The position numbers and the translations under genes were made by a program. From Rebecca billardiae RCC1528 (taxonomy: Eukaryota; Protista; Haptophyta), in NCBI GenBank assembly GCA_965240325.2, contig OZ251222.1:3782001-3846000 (forward strand): a stretch of 64,000 bases of DNA, given 5' to 3'. The notes below the pieces were generated by a model, which had not been told where the DNA came from, made no database searches, and saw only the letters and a list, made by a program, of their open reading frames with translations. Below are positions 22,738-32,973 of this stretch, piece by piece (within the stretch, counting starts at the first letter, position 1; each line of letters starts with the position of its first letter).

Positions 22738-24978
22738 TCAGGCGTCGTCGGGCAAGCTCGCACCTCCGTAGAACTCTTTGACCAGCTCCACGACGGGCTC
22801 GCTTGCCACATCCTTGCCAAAGTTGCCGAGGGCGTCGATTTGGACATCGGTCGAGCTGATGCCAAGCGTGACGGGGGCATCTGCGGCGCCGTGGAGCAGC
22901 AGGATGTCGATCGGCGAGCCGGCCACCACGCCGTAGTACTCGTTGGCCACGGTCGTGGTTGAGAAGGACGTGTGCAGCACACCCTCGGTGCCTTCGAGCC
23001 GCCGCAGGGCGTGGCGCACGTCGATCCACGACGCCGCGAAGACTTGCTGCGCGGGCGTGCCCACCAAGTTGCCCGCGCCAGCAGCGTCCCCGAACAGCAT
23101 GGCGACGTCCGAGATGGAGGCGATGCACGCGTCCGGATCGAGCGGCACGGAGCACGAGTAGGAGGAGGAGACGATGAAGCGCAAGGGCGCGCGCCTGCCG
23201 CCCTTGCGCTGGAGCGCACCCACCGCCTGCGCTGCGGCTGTGTTGTCCGAGTAGGCGCCGTCGGCCAGGCGCGTGTGCGGGAAGTCGCAGCCGCGCTCCA
23301 GAAAGTTCTCTTCGACGACCGCGAGGCCCTCCTCGGGCGTGCGCGCTGCTGCCTCGTCCAGCCCGCAGATGGCCAGGTCGGCGAGGAACTGCAGGAGGTC
23401 GCCGCTGCACTCGGCGACGGCGCCCTCGAAGCACGGGACGATGTGCAACATCCCCTCCCACGTGATGTCGACGTGCCGGCAGTGCTCGTCGAGCACTCGC
23501 GCGCAGTCGCTGCTGAGAGAGACGTTGCGGCCCAGGATCGCCTCGACGAGCTCTTGGACGGCGTCGGTCGCGTCGAGGTGGTCGTCGACAGTGGACTGAT
23601 TGGCGTCGCGCTCGGCGGGCGGCACCCGCTCCCTGGGCACTGGCGGCTCCGTGCCGCCCGTGCCGTTCGCGCCCGCCTTCTCCAGCGCGGCGCGAGGCGC
23701 TCGCATCCAGTCGACCCACGAGGCGGACGCCTCGTCCCCCGCGGCTGGCTGCCGCCCGAGCCCCTTCTCCAGCCCGGCCGCGATGTTCATATGGCGGATG
23801 CGCTCCGCCTCCGCGGCCGCGGCCGCGTCCTCCGCGCTGCCCTGGCTCTCGTACAGGATCTTCTGCACCCACTCGATCGAGCCGGCCGCCGCGCCGGCAG
23901 CGGAGGAGACGGAGGCGACGTGCCAGATGGGCGGCGTCGTCGGGTAGAACGGGGCCGTCGCATTCACCAGCGTCTCCGCGCGCTCGCCTGGCTGGAGCAG
24001 CCGCCGCACCAGCTCGCCCACGCCGCCGCTCCGGTCCAAGTACGCGTACGAGTACGCGCCCAGCTGCTGCACCGGCTCGGAGGCGAGGAGGCCCGCGCGC
24101 TCGGCGGCGCCCTCGGCTGTGCCGGGCACCCGGTACGCGACCGGGAAGGAGAGGTGCTCCGTGTGCTCGCCATTCAGCCCCAGGATGTGGCTGAGCACCG
24201 GCATGTGCTGGTGGGCGGACAGCGTGACGAGCGACGAGCTCATGTTGGACATCTGGAAGAGCAGGTCCGGACGGAGCAGCCCGCCGGTCCGGTCGGCGGT
24301 GGACGCGAGCTTCGAGGTGATCTGCCCGTCGTACAGCTGCAGCATCTCGCCGATGTAGCGCGACCACGAGCCCTGCGCGCCCGCCGCCAGCGTGAGCCCG
24401 TTCGTCGCGAGCGAGACGAACTGGACGCACTTGTCGCTGAGCGCGCAGAAGGTGCGCAGCACGCTGGGCGTGCGCACGAGCCCGTTGAGCAGCTTGATCG
24501 CCGCGCGCATGAAGCTGGTGAGCGGCGGGTATCCAGCCAGCCACTCGCTCACATCCATGAGCTGGTCCTCCAGCGTGGCCGCCAGCAGTGGCCTCTGACT
24601 GTCCATCCAGCCCGTGACCACCGCCTTCATGTCGTGGTCGCCGGTCACGTCGTCGTAGAACTGGGCCGAGTAGGTGAACTGCGTGAGGAACCACGCGCCG
24701 CCGCTGTTGGAGCCCACCACCCTGAGCCGCGTGTCGTTGAGCACGCCCGCCTTGTGCAGCGCGCGCGCCGCGCCCATGCCCATGGTCATCGCGCGCCAGC
24801 CGCCCCCCGAGATCGACCAGCCCATCAGCTCGGCTTCTTGGTGGCGCGGCGGCACGAGTGCTTGCGGGCTCCGCTCCGATGGCGACGACCGGCTCCCAAG
24901 GATCACCACGGTCACGCCCGTGGCGATCAACGTGACCGTCACGCCGGCGAGGCAGGCGAGGCGTGCCGTGTTGCTCAT
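22738..24978 (-). CDS. Patatin/cPLA2-type (lysophospholipase-like) lipid acyl hydrolase with an N-terminal TM anchor
   Basis: Oxyanion motif ISGGGWRAM, nucleophile elbow VGSNSGGAW, catalytic LADGAYSDN. Confidence 0.85.
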   Translation of the reverse strand: MSNTARLACLAGVTVTLIATGVTVVILGSRSSPSERSPQALVPPRHQEAELMGWSISGGGWRAMTMGMGAARALHKAGVLNDTRLRVVGSNSGGAWFLTQFTYSAQFYDDVTGDHDMKAVVTGWMDSQRPLLAATLEDQLMDVSEWLAGYPPLTSFMRAAIKLLNGLVRTPSVLRTFCALSDKCVQFVSLATNGLTLAAGAQGSWSRYIGEMLQLYDGQITSKLASTADRTGGLLRPDLLFQMSNMSSSLVTLSAHQHMPVLSHILGLNGEHTEHLSFPVAYRVPGTAEGAAERAGLLASEPVQQLGAYSYAYLDRSGGVGELVRRLLQPGERAETLVNATAPFYPTTPPIWHVASVSSAAGAAAGSIEWVQKILYESQGSAEDAAAAAEAERIRHMNIAAGLEKGLGRQPAAGDEASASWVDWMRAPRAALEKAGANGTGGTEPPVPRERVPPAERDANQSTVDDHLDATDAVQELVEAILGRNVSLSSDCARVLDEHCRHVDITWEGMLHIVPCFEGAVAECSGDLLQFLADLAICGLDEAAARTPEEGLAVVEENFLERGCDFPHTRLADGAYSDNTAAAQAVGALQRKGGRRAPLRFIVSSSYSCSVPLDPDACIASISDVAMLFGDAAGAGNLVGTPAQQVFAASWIDVRHALRRLEGTEGVLHTSFSTTTVANEYYGVVAGSPIDILLLHGAADAPVTLGISSTDVQIDALGNFGKDVASEPVVELVKEFYGGASLPDDA

Positions 24979-25249
24979 CTTGCGGGTCGCGCGATCGCTC
25001 GGCGCTCAAGAGCTTGCTTGCTCACCTCGAGCGCTGAGTGCGCAGCCGCCGGCGCAGCGAGCAGTGGCACCGCGGATGATGAGATATTCGACGATCAAAC
25101 TTGATGCGAAAGTAATTGTGAAAGTATGGGGGTATGGGGGTAATACAAGCGCTTGAGGCTTGTGAAGTTGTGAGCCGAATATATAGGAGGATTTGGGCTT
25201 GCGCCCAAATTTGGCACGAGATTCGCATAGGCTTTCAAGTCCTGCCGGC

Positions 25250-28200
25250 ATGGTCGACGGCGGCGGCGGCCTGGCCGTCGGCCCGCACGATGTGGCGAGC
25301 CGGTGCGCGGGGATCCGCGACCGCATGGGCTGGGTGCTCGCGCAGCTCGAGTCGGAGACGTCCTCCCCGCTCCCCGCCGCGCGCTCGGCCCTCGCCACCG
25401 CGGCCACCGAGCACGCCGCCGCGCAGACGGCGCTCGCGCGGCAGGAGGCGTCCGAGCTGCGCGTCGCGCTCGCGTCGAGCCAGCGGCGGTGCGAGGAGCT
25501 GGAGCACGCGTCGAAGCTGGCGCGCATCGCGAGCGAGGATGCGCTCGGCGAGCGCGATTTCGCCGAGCGCGCGCGCGACGACGCCCTCGCCGCGCGCGAG
25601 GCGGCCGAGCGCGAGCTCGAGCGCGCGCGCCAGCAGTGCGACGAGCTGCGCGAGCACGCGGCGGCGCGCACGGCGCAGGCGCAGGCGGCGGAGGCGAGCG
25701 CGGCGTACGAGCGCGAGCAGCTCACCCTCGCGCGCGATCGCGACGGCGATCGCGTGCGCGAGGCGCGCGTCGAGGCCGAGGCGCGCGCCGCGTCGGAGGT
25801 GAGCGCGCAGCGGCGCGCGGCGGACGAGGCGCGAGACGCGGCGGCGCGGAGCCGCGCGGAGGCGGAGGCGGCGCGCAGGTCGGCGGAGGCGGAGGCGAGC
25901 GCGGCGAGCGCGGCGCGCGCCGAGCTCGAGCGCGCGCGCGCCGAGCTCGAGCGCGCGCGCGCCGAGCTCGAGCGCGCGCGCGCGGACGCGGACGGCGCGC
26001 GCGCGGACGCGGCAGAGGGGCGCGCGCGAGAGTCGGCCGCGGGCCGCGAGCTCGGCGAGGTGCGCGGCGCGCTGGCGGCGGCGGAGGCGGCGCGCGCGGA
26101 GGCGGAGGCGGCGGCGGAGGCGGCGAGGGCGGAGGCCGCCGACGCGCGCGCTGCCGCGCCGCCGCGGCCCGAGCCGGCCGCGGCCGCGGCCGCGGCCGCG
26201 ACCGCGCCGGCGCGCGCCGGCGTCGGCGCGGCGCCAGAGGCGACGGCGGCGGCGAGCGTCGCCGCCGCCGCCGCCGCCGCCGCGCTGCGCTCGGAGCGCG
26301 ACGCGCTGGCGGAGGAGGCGTCCAAGCTGCGCGCCGAGCTGCAGCGCGCGCGCGCCGAGCGCGACGAGGCGCGCCGCGACCTCGCCCTCGCCCGCTCCGA
26401 GGCAAGTCGCTCCGCCTCGACGCGCGCCGCCGACGAGGCCGCCGCCGCCGCCGCCGCCGAGCGGACGGGCGAGGTGCGCACGCTGCGCCACGCGCACGAC
26501 GCGCTGCGCGCCGAGCGCGACGACCTGGCCGCGCAGCTCGCGACCGCGCGGCGCGCGGAGGCGGCCGCGCGCGAGTCCTCCGGCGCGCTCGCCGCCGAGC
26601 GCGCGCGCTCCGACTCGCTGAGCGCCGAGCTGGACGGCGCGAACGCGGCGGCGCAGCGCGCGGCGCACGCGCAGGCGCGCGCGGCCGCGGAGGCGGAGCA
26701 CGCGCAGCGCGCGCGCGCGGAGGCGGAGGCGGAGCTGGCACAGCTGGGCGCGAGCCTCGACGAGGAGCAGCGCGGCCGCGCCGAGGCCGAGCACGCCGCC
26801 GCGCGCGCGGAGGACGAGGCGGCGCAGCTGCGGCGCGCGCTCGAGCAGCTGCGCTCACAGCTGGCAGCGGAAGAGCGAAAGGGGGCGGACGCGCGCGCGG
26901 CGGTGGAGGGGACGAAGGCGGAGCTGCGCAAGTCGAGGAAGGACCTGCAGAAGGCGCAGGAGCAGCTCTTCCGCCTGTCCGCGATGCAGCGCTCCGGCAG
27001 CCAGGCCTCGCTCGGCGGCGCGGGCGAGCGCTCCCAGCGCACTTCCTTTTCCTCCGCACATCCGCACGACGCGGGCGCGGCCGCCGCCGCGTCGGCCGCG
27101 ACGTCGGCGGGGGGCTCGTTCGCGGCCACGCCGCAGGCGCCGCTCTCGCCCGCGCGCCGCGCCTCCTCGGGGCCCGACGAGCACGCGGCCGCCGAGGCGG
27201 CGGCCGCGGCGGCCGCGGCGGCGGAGGCGGAGGCGGCGCGCGCGGCGGCGCAGGCGCGCGCGGCGGCGGAGGCGCGCGCGGCGGCGGAGGCGGCGGAGGC
27301 GCGCGCGGCGGAGGAGGAGGCGGCGCGCGCGGCGGCGCAGGCGCGCGCGGCGGCGGAGGCGGCGGAGGCGCGCGCGGTGGAGGAGGAGGCGGCGCGCGCG
27401 GCGGCGCAGGCGCGCGCGGCGGCGGAGGCGCGCGCGGCGGCGGAGGCGGCGGAGGCGCGCGCGGCGGAGGAGGAGGCGGCGCGCGCTGCGGCGCAGGCGC
27501 GCGCGGCGGCAGAGGCGGCGGAGGCGCGCGCGGCGGCGGAGGCGGCGGAGGCGGCGGCGGCAGAGGAGGAGGCTCGCGCACGCGCCGCCGCCGCCTCCGC
27601 CTCCGCCTCCGCCGCGCGAGCGCCCGCAGACAGCCGCGCGCCGCCCGACTCTCCACGCAGCGCGCACCCGGCGCCGGGCGGCGCGCCCGCGCTCGCGCGC
27701 ATGGCGGTGGCGCGCACGCACCCGGGCGGCTCCAAGCCCTCCGACGCGACCAACCAGGACACGTACTTCGAGCTCGAGCTCGACGGCTCGAACGCGTGCT
27801 ACGCCGTGTTCGACGGGCACGGCGGCACGAACGGCGCGCTCGCCGCCTCGGTCGCGGCGGACACGGTGCGCGAGCACGTGAGTCGTCGCTGGGCGGAGCT
27901 GCGCACGGCACCGCAGCCGGTGCTGACAGAAGCCTTCCGCCTCGCGCACGAGGCCATCCGCGTCGCCATCCTCAAGAGCCACCCCGGCGCCGTCGAGGAC
28001 GAGGACGGCGTGCCCGTCGCGGACGGCGAGGCGTGCGACGGCGGCACCACCGCCACCGTGTGCGCCATCGTCGACGGCAGCACGCTCGTGCACGCGCAGG
28101 TGGGCGCGCGCCTCCGTGCGCACCGCACCGCGCCGCGCCGCGCCGCGCCGCGCCGCGCCCGCGCCGCGCCCGCGCCCGCGCCCGCGGAGGGCGGCGCGCG

Positions 28201-29497
28201 GCCGCCCCGCGCGCGCGTGCTCAAGCGCCGCGCGCCGCCGGCTCGCGCCGCGCGCGCAGGTGGGCGACTCCTCCGCGGCGATCGGCGGCCTCCCGCGCGG
28301 CGAGGAGCACGAGGGCGCGGTGTACAACGAGCTGCTGCCCGACCACACGCCGGACGAGCTGGGCGAGTACACGCGCGTGATGACCGAGCCACAGCTGCAG
28401 GGGCGGCCGCGCGTCGCGTTTCTGTACGACACGCCCGACGCGTTCGACGAGGAGGGCGAGGGCGTCGAGCTGCACATCTTCAGGGCAGAGCCCTCCCGGC
28501 CGGGCGAGTACGCGCTCGACGCGCACGCGCAGCGCGCGGCGGACGCGCGCGGCGTGGGGTACAAGAACGCGCGAGGCGACCGTCCGACAATCGTGGTGAC
28601 GCCCGCGGAGGGGCCGTACCCGGAGCAGGCGCTCGGCATGACGCGCTCGCTCGGCGACTTCTACCTGCAGTGCTTCGGCGTGACGTGGGTGCCCGAGGTG
28701 CAGGTGATCGACCTCGCGCAGGTGGCGGAGTCGCTGCGCTGCCCCGTGCTCTGCCTCGCCTCGGACGGCGTGTGGGACCTGTGGCCGTACGAGGAGGTGC
28801 GCGCGCGTGTGTGTGTGTGTACACGTGTGTGTGTGTGTGTACACGTGTGTGGGACCTGTGGCCGTACGAGGAGGTGCGCGCGCGTGTGTGTGTGTGTACA
28901 CGTGTGTGTGTGTGTGTACACGTGTGTGGGACCTGTGGCCGTACGAGGAGGTGCGCGCGCGTGTGTGTGTGTGTACACGTGTGTGTGTGTGTGTACACGT
29001 GTGTGGGACCTGTGGCCGTACGAGGAGGTGCGCGCGCGTGTGTGTGTGTGTACACGTGTGTGTGTGTGCGTGTGTGTGTACGCGTGTGTGTGTACGTGTG
29101 TACGTGTGTACGTGTGTACGTGTGTACGTGTGTACGTGTGTACGTGCGTGTGCGTGTGCAGTCGCACCCACGTCATGCGCGCGCGCGGCCCGAGCGCGCG
29201 CCGAGGGCACTGCCGCTGAGCGCCCCGCCGCTGCGCCCCCGGCCGCACGTGTTCTGCGCGCCTCCCCGACGCGCGCAGCTCTTCCAGCAGGTGGTGTCGC
29301 AGGGGCCGCCGAGCGAGCGGCGCGAGACCGCGCTCGCCTTCATGCGCGCCAACGAGGAGAAGGGCGCCGCCGAGTTTGGCGACTCCGCGGACAACATGAC
29401 GGCCATCTTTGTCTACCTCGACCCGCCAGACGAGCTCGTACCCGAGCCGCCGCCGGGCTCCGCGCGCAAGAGTGGTGGCGGGCGCCAGGCCATCTGA
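25250..29497 (+). CDS. Long coiled-coil + PP2C (PPM) phosphatase; exons 25250-28099, 28260-28796, 29279-29497 (1201 aa)
   Basis: [20 protein letters not shown]|[26 protein letters not shown]. Two phase-0 GT-AG introns restore one frame. Confidence 0.9.
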   Translation: MVDGGGGLAVGPHDVASRCAGIRDRMGWVLAQLESETSSPLPAARSALATAATEHAAAQTALARQEASELRVALASSQRRCEELEHASKLARIASEDALGERDFAERARDDALAAREAAERELERARQQCDELREHAAARTAQAQAAEASAAYEREQLTLARDRDGDRVREARVEAEARAASEVSAQRRAADEARDAAARSRAEAEAARRSAEAEASAASAARAELERARAELERARAELERARADADGARADAAEGRARESAAGRELGEVRGALAAAEAARAEAEAAAEAARAEAADARAAAPPRPEPAAAAAAAATAPARAGVGAAPEATAAASVAAAAAAAALRSERDALAEEASKLRAELQRARAERDEARRDLALARSEASRSASTRAADEAAAAAAAERTGEVRTLRHAHDALRAERDDLAAQLATARRAEAAARESSGALAAERARSDSLSAELDGANAAAQRAAHAQARAAAEAEHAQRARAEAEAELAQLGASLDEEQRGRAEAEHAAARAEDEAAQLRRALEQLRSQLAAEERKGADARAAVEGTKAELRKSRKDLQKAQEQLFRLSAMQRSGSQASLGGAGERSQRTSFSSAHPHDAGAAAAASAATSAGGSFAATPQAPLSPARRASSGPDEHAAAEAAAAAAAAAEAEAARAAAQARAAAEARAAAEAAEARAAEEEAARAAAQARAAAEAAEARAVEEEAARAAAQARAAAEARAAAEAAEARAAEEEAARAAAQARAAAEAAEARAAAEAAEAAAAEEEARARAAAASASASAARAPADSRAPPDSPRSAHPAPGGAPALARMAVARTHPGGSKPSDATNQDTYFELELDGSNACYAVFDGHGGTNGALAASVAADTVREHVSRRWAELRTAPQPVLTEAFRLAHEAIRVAILKSHPGAVEDEDGVPVADGEACDGGTTATVCAIVDGSTLVHAQVGARLRAHRTAPRRAAPRRARAAPAPAPAEGGARPPRARVLKRRAPPARAARAGGRLLRGDRRPPARRGARGRGVQRAAARPHAGRAGRVHARDDRATAAGAAARRVSVRHARRVRRGGRGRRAAHLQGRALPAGRVRARRARAARGGRARRGVQERARRPSDNRGDARGGAVPGAGARHDALARRLLPAVLRRDVGARGAGDRPRAGGGVAALPRALPRLGRRVGPVAVRGGARACVCVYTCVCVCTRVWDLWPYEEVRARVCVCTRVCVCVHVCGTCGRTRRCARVCVCVHVCVCVYTCVGPVAVRGGARACVCVYTCVCVRVCVRVCVYVCTCVRVYVCTCVRVYVRVRVQSHPRHARARPERAPRALPLSAPPLRPRPHVFCAPPRRAQLFQQVVSQGPPSERRETALAFMRANEEKGAAEFGDSADNMTAIFVYLDPPDELVPEPPPGSARKSGGGRQAI
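27225..27570 (+). repeat. Coding tandem repeat ([14 protein letters not shown]...AEEE) x~4
   Basis: Repeated gaggcggcgcgcgcggcggcgcaggcgcgcgcggcggcggag units. Confidence 0.85.
28770..29158 (+). repeat. 77-bp x4 tandem repeat spanning the exon-2 end and 5' splice site, followed by GT-rich microsatellite
   Basis: gggacctgtggccgtacgaggaggtgcgcgcg starts at 28774, 28851, 28928 and 29005. Confidence 0.95.
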
Positions 29498-29530
29498 CCG
29501 TCGCGCGCTATGTATACTGCTGCGAGCTTA

Positions 29531-31783
29531 TGGCCCGCGGTGCAGGGCGGAGCGCGTAGCGTGGAGCCCCGCCGGGGGCCCTCACTACGTTAACGTTGTC
29601 AAAAAGATCTTTTGATCAAAGAAAAGGGGACGGGGGACGATTTTGAGGGCTGTTGGAGGGTGAATTTTCGCTTTTTCGAGGGGTACACCGTCGTACATTG
29701 CTGTCTATCCGCAAGAAGCGATTGACGAAATAAGCGCGCCCGCCAATTCGCCGTATGTCGATGGACGGACGTGGGATCAGATACCCGGGGGTGAAACAAG
29801 TGAGTATTCGTTCCTATCCCTCTTGTATGCTGAAGTACGAGTTTGCCGAGCGACGTTTGATATTGTTTTGGGTCGAAAACAGCTATGAGGCCAGATTCTT
29901 TTGAATAGTGCTTGTTCAAATACGTTACCCGCCTGTCTCGAAGGATGAACCGCCTCGTCATATCAAAAGAGATTCTTTTCAATAGCGCGTGTCCAACCAA
30001 GTTACCCGCCTGCCTCGATGGATGAACCTCCTGTGTCATAATGAAGGGATTGTTTTGAATGGCGCTTGTTGAACCAAGTTACCCGTCTGTCTCGATGGAT
30101 GAACCTCCTGTGCCATATGGGGGTAATGAAAGAAAAACTTCGGGTTACCCGCCCGCCAGCGTCTCGCGACGAGGAGGACGACGTGCCCAGCGGCAAGCGC
30201 GCACATAATATCATCGCCGTCGGCGGGCCCATCTTCGGCCGGCTCGAGCTGATGCACATCACGACGCTCAAGCAGGCGCTGTCCGTACCGACGTTGGCGC
30301 GCCTCCAGCGGATGGTCGACAAAGCACACGTGGGCGAAGGAGGACCACAATCATGGCCGAGTCATCGGAGACGTCGCTGACCTCGCGGCTTCAAACCGAA
30401 CCGCTAGCCGGTTGCCACCGCGGCCGAGCGGTGCGCGCTCGCCACCGCGGCCGGCGCTGTGCACGGGCGTGCTGAGCCCGGGCCGCGTGAGCTCGCCCAC
30501 CTCGCCCGGCGCGCACGCCGACGCCGCCACCGCGGCTCGGCGGCCGGACTAATCTCGGGCGGCGCGTGCGTCCCCCCGGCCGGCGCGCGCCGCCGCCGCC
30601 GCCGCGCAGGCCGTGCACTCGGTGGATGAGGAGACGGCCCTGCTGCGCGCGGAGCGCTGCGCGCCACGCGCTGCTCCTGCTGCGGCGCGCAGCAGTCCGC
30701 TCGTCCGCCCCGCGGGCTCGCCACGGAGCCGACGAGCGCGATGACGACAATCGAGCGAATGAGCACGTGCGCGTGGATGGAGGCGCTGGGCGCCGAGCTG
30801 GCGAAGCGCGGCGCCGAGCTCGACGCGCTGCACGACGCGGCGACGGACGCGCTGGGCGCGCGCGGCGCCCTCGTCGCGACGCCCCGCGCAGCAGCTCGAG
30901 CAGCCAGCTGTGGAGTAGACGGCCGTCGACTCGAGGGCGCCACCGCGCCGGGTGAGTGAGCACACACGGGCTCCGCGCCTCGGTCGGAGGCTGGCTGGCC
31001 GCCGCCGTGGCTTCGAGGCCGACGCGGCGGAGGAGGCGGCGGGCGAGCACGGTGGCGCGGTAGAGCAGGCGCGCACGCGCGGCGGCAGGCGCGACCCGCC
31101 GCTCGCCTCGTTCCACCCCGAGCTCCGCTCGGTCTCGCCTCTCGGTGCGCGGCTGCGCAGCGCCGTGAGTGAGTGAGCGCAGGCTGGGCGGGTGGGGCCA
31201 GCAGTGGTGCGCGCTCTGGCTCTGCCGGCACGAGGCGCGCCGGCTGAGCGACCAGCGGCCCGTCGTCGAGCGCATGGCGCAGCGCGAGCACCTCAAGGCA
31301 GGTGCGCCCGCACGCCCGCACGCGCCGGCCCGCGCCGCGCGGCGCCTCTCGGAGTTCTCGCTCGCCCAGTGCGCGCGCCGGCGCCGCCCCCGGCCGGCCG
31401 CCGGGCCGCTTCTTCGCGCGGCCCGCGGCGACAGTCCTCATCGGCCCGCCATGTTGACCAGACTGAGACAGCAGCCGACGGAGGGTGCACCGCGGGCCCC
31501 TAACTACGTTGGTTCTACGGAAGGACCGCGGAACGCGGTCATTATTTGTAATTGTATACGGCGGATATATATATATATATATATAGCGATATAGATCTCC
31601 GCGGTCTTTTTCGACCGCAATAGACCTCTCTATGCGATCTCAAAAACTCGAAACTCGGTCTCCTACTCCGGCCCTGAAAATCGTCCCCCGTCCCTTTTTT
31701 CTTGATCAAAGATCTTTTTAAAACGTGGTTAGTGCCCGCAGTGCGGGCTCCACGCTGCGCGCTCCGCCCTGCACCGCGGGCCA
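29531..31783. mobile_element. Non-autonomous TIR DNA transposon (~2.25 kb, TA target duplication)
   Basis: TA|TGGCCCGCGGTGCAGGGCGGAGCGCG..AGCGTGGAGCCC ... GGGCCA|TA. The imperfect inverted match extends ~120 bp (aaaaagatctt..gatcaa..gggacgggggacgatttt). No intact transposase seen. Confidence 0.85.
29890..30150. repeat. Subterminal 77-bp tandem repeat (~3 copies plus a partial) inside the transposon
   Basis: Core gttacccg[c/t]ctg[t/c]ctcga[a/t]ggatgaacc at 29924, 30001, 30078; partial at 30144. Confidence 0.85.
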
Positions 31784-31964
31784 TAATAAAGTATTGATGA
31801 GCATCAGCAGTGCCGCCTGCCGGTGACGCACGCCGTTAGCTGGATCACGCGGTATATAGTAGGACTACCGTAGTACAGTTAAAACTACCGCGTTATAAGT
31901 CGCGTGATTATCATACAACTGCGGCGCGCAGTCGTCGTCTCTGACGACTTCGACGCGGCAGGGT

Positions 31965-32834
31965 CTAGGCGACGCCGAAGATGGAGCGCGCGCGGTTCGC
32001 CTCGCTCACCTCCTGCAGCACGTCGAGGTCGACGAAGGACAGGTCGTTCCACACCGCGTCCGCAGCGCCAAAGTCCTCGTCCTGCGTGTAGATCGACTTG
32101 GTGATCACGCAGCCCATCTTGGCGCCCTTCGCGGCGCGCAGGCCGATGTTGGTGTCCTCGACGACGACGCACTTGGTCGGGTCGAGCTCCATCTCCCTCG
32201 CCGCGAGCTCGTACACGTCCGGCGCGGGCTTCTTCTTGGGCACGACGTCGCCGGCAAAGATGCGGATGTGCTTGGAGCGGGCCTCGCCCATCTTGTCGAC
32301 GATCGCCTGCACCGCCTTCTCGTTGGAGGTGGAGCAGACGCCGACGGGCACGCCGTGGGTGATGCAGTCGTCAATCGTCGCGAGCACGCGCGGGCGGTAC
32401 GGCACCTCGCCGGCCAGCACGCGCTTCATGAAGAGCTCGGTCTTGCGCGCGTGCAGCTCCTTGCACAGGCCCCACCGCGCGTCCTCGTCGGCGTCCGCGT
32501 ACTCGGCGGGCCAGCCGACCTCGTCCCAGTGGCGCTTCATGCGCTCCTTCCCGCCGCCCGTCTCGAGCAGCACGCCGTACCGCTCCACGTCCCACTCCGT
32601 CTCCAGCCCCTTCTCCTTGAAGGCCTCGTTGAACGATGGCCGGTGCACGTCGCGCTCCGTCTCGGCGAGCACGCCGTCGCAGTCGAAGAGGAGCGCAAAG
32701 TCGTAGTCGCCCGAGGCGAGCAACGCGGAGCGGCGCGCCGCGGGCGCGCGCGCCGCCACGCGCGGGCTCGCCACCGCCGCCGCGCTCGCCGCAGCCGGCG
32801 CGAGGAGGAGCGCCAGTCCAGCCGACGCCAGCAT
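31965..32834 (-). CDS. CBBY: CbbY-like HAD phosphatase (xylulose-1,5-bisphosphate phosphatase family), probably plastid-targeted
   Basis: LLFDCDGVLAETERDVHR, LLETGGGKERM, VCSTSNEKAV, AGDVVPKKKPAPDVY, CVVVED. Signal peptide followed by a Ser/Arg/Ala-rich transit-like segment. Confidence 0.9.
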   Translation of the reverse strand: MLASAGLALLLAPAAASAAAVASPRVAARAPAARRSALLASGDYDFALLFDCDGVLAETERDVHRPSFNEAFKEKGLETEWDVERYGVLLETGGGKERMKRHWDEVGWPAEYADADEDARWGLCKELHARKTELFMKRVLAGEVPYRPRVLATIDDCITHGVPVGVCSTSNEKAVQAIVDKMGEARSKHIRIFAGDVVPKKKPAPDVYELAAREMELDPTKCVVVEDTNIGLRAAKGAKMGCVITKSIYTQDEDFGAADAVWNDLSFVDLDVLQEVSEANRARSIFGVA

Positions 32835-32973
32835 CGTGATGATCATCACGGATTCACGCGCGCACAGCAACCGGTCCGGCTTGCTGAGCAACCCCCGACT
32901 CGCGAGAGACGAGGGGCTGCCGGACTCAACCTGACCCTGACGGTGACGGCCGGTGCGTATTTTTCATTCGAGC

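Noticed and set aside
13402-24978. Five co-oriented minus-strand enzyme genes as a biosynthetic cluster or operon
   Set aside because: The functions are disparate (they include housekeeping RMT2) and the genes are separated by repeat-containing spacers. The sequence alone gives no evidence of a shared pathway.
28770-30150. Two 77-bp periodic arrays as possible CRISPR arrays
   Set aside because: Whole units repeat with no unique spacers, there are no cas genes, and the context is eukaryotic. The two arrays are unrelated in sequence, so the shared period looks coincidental.
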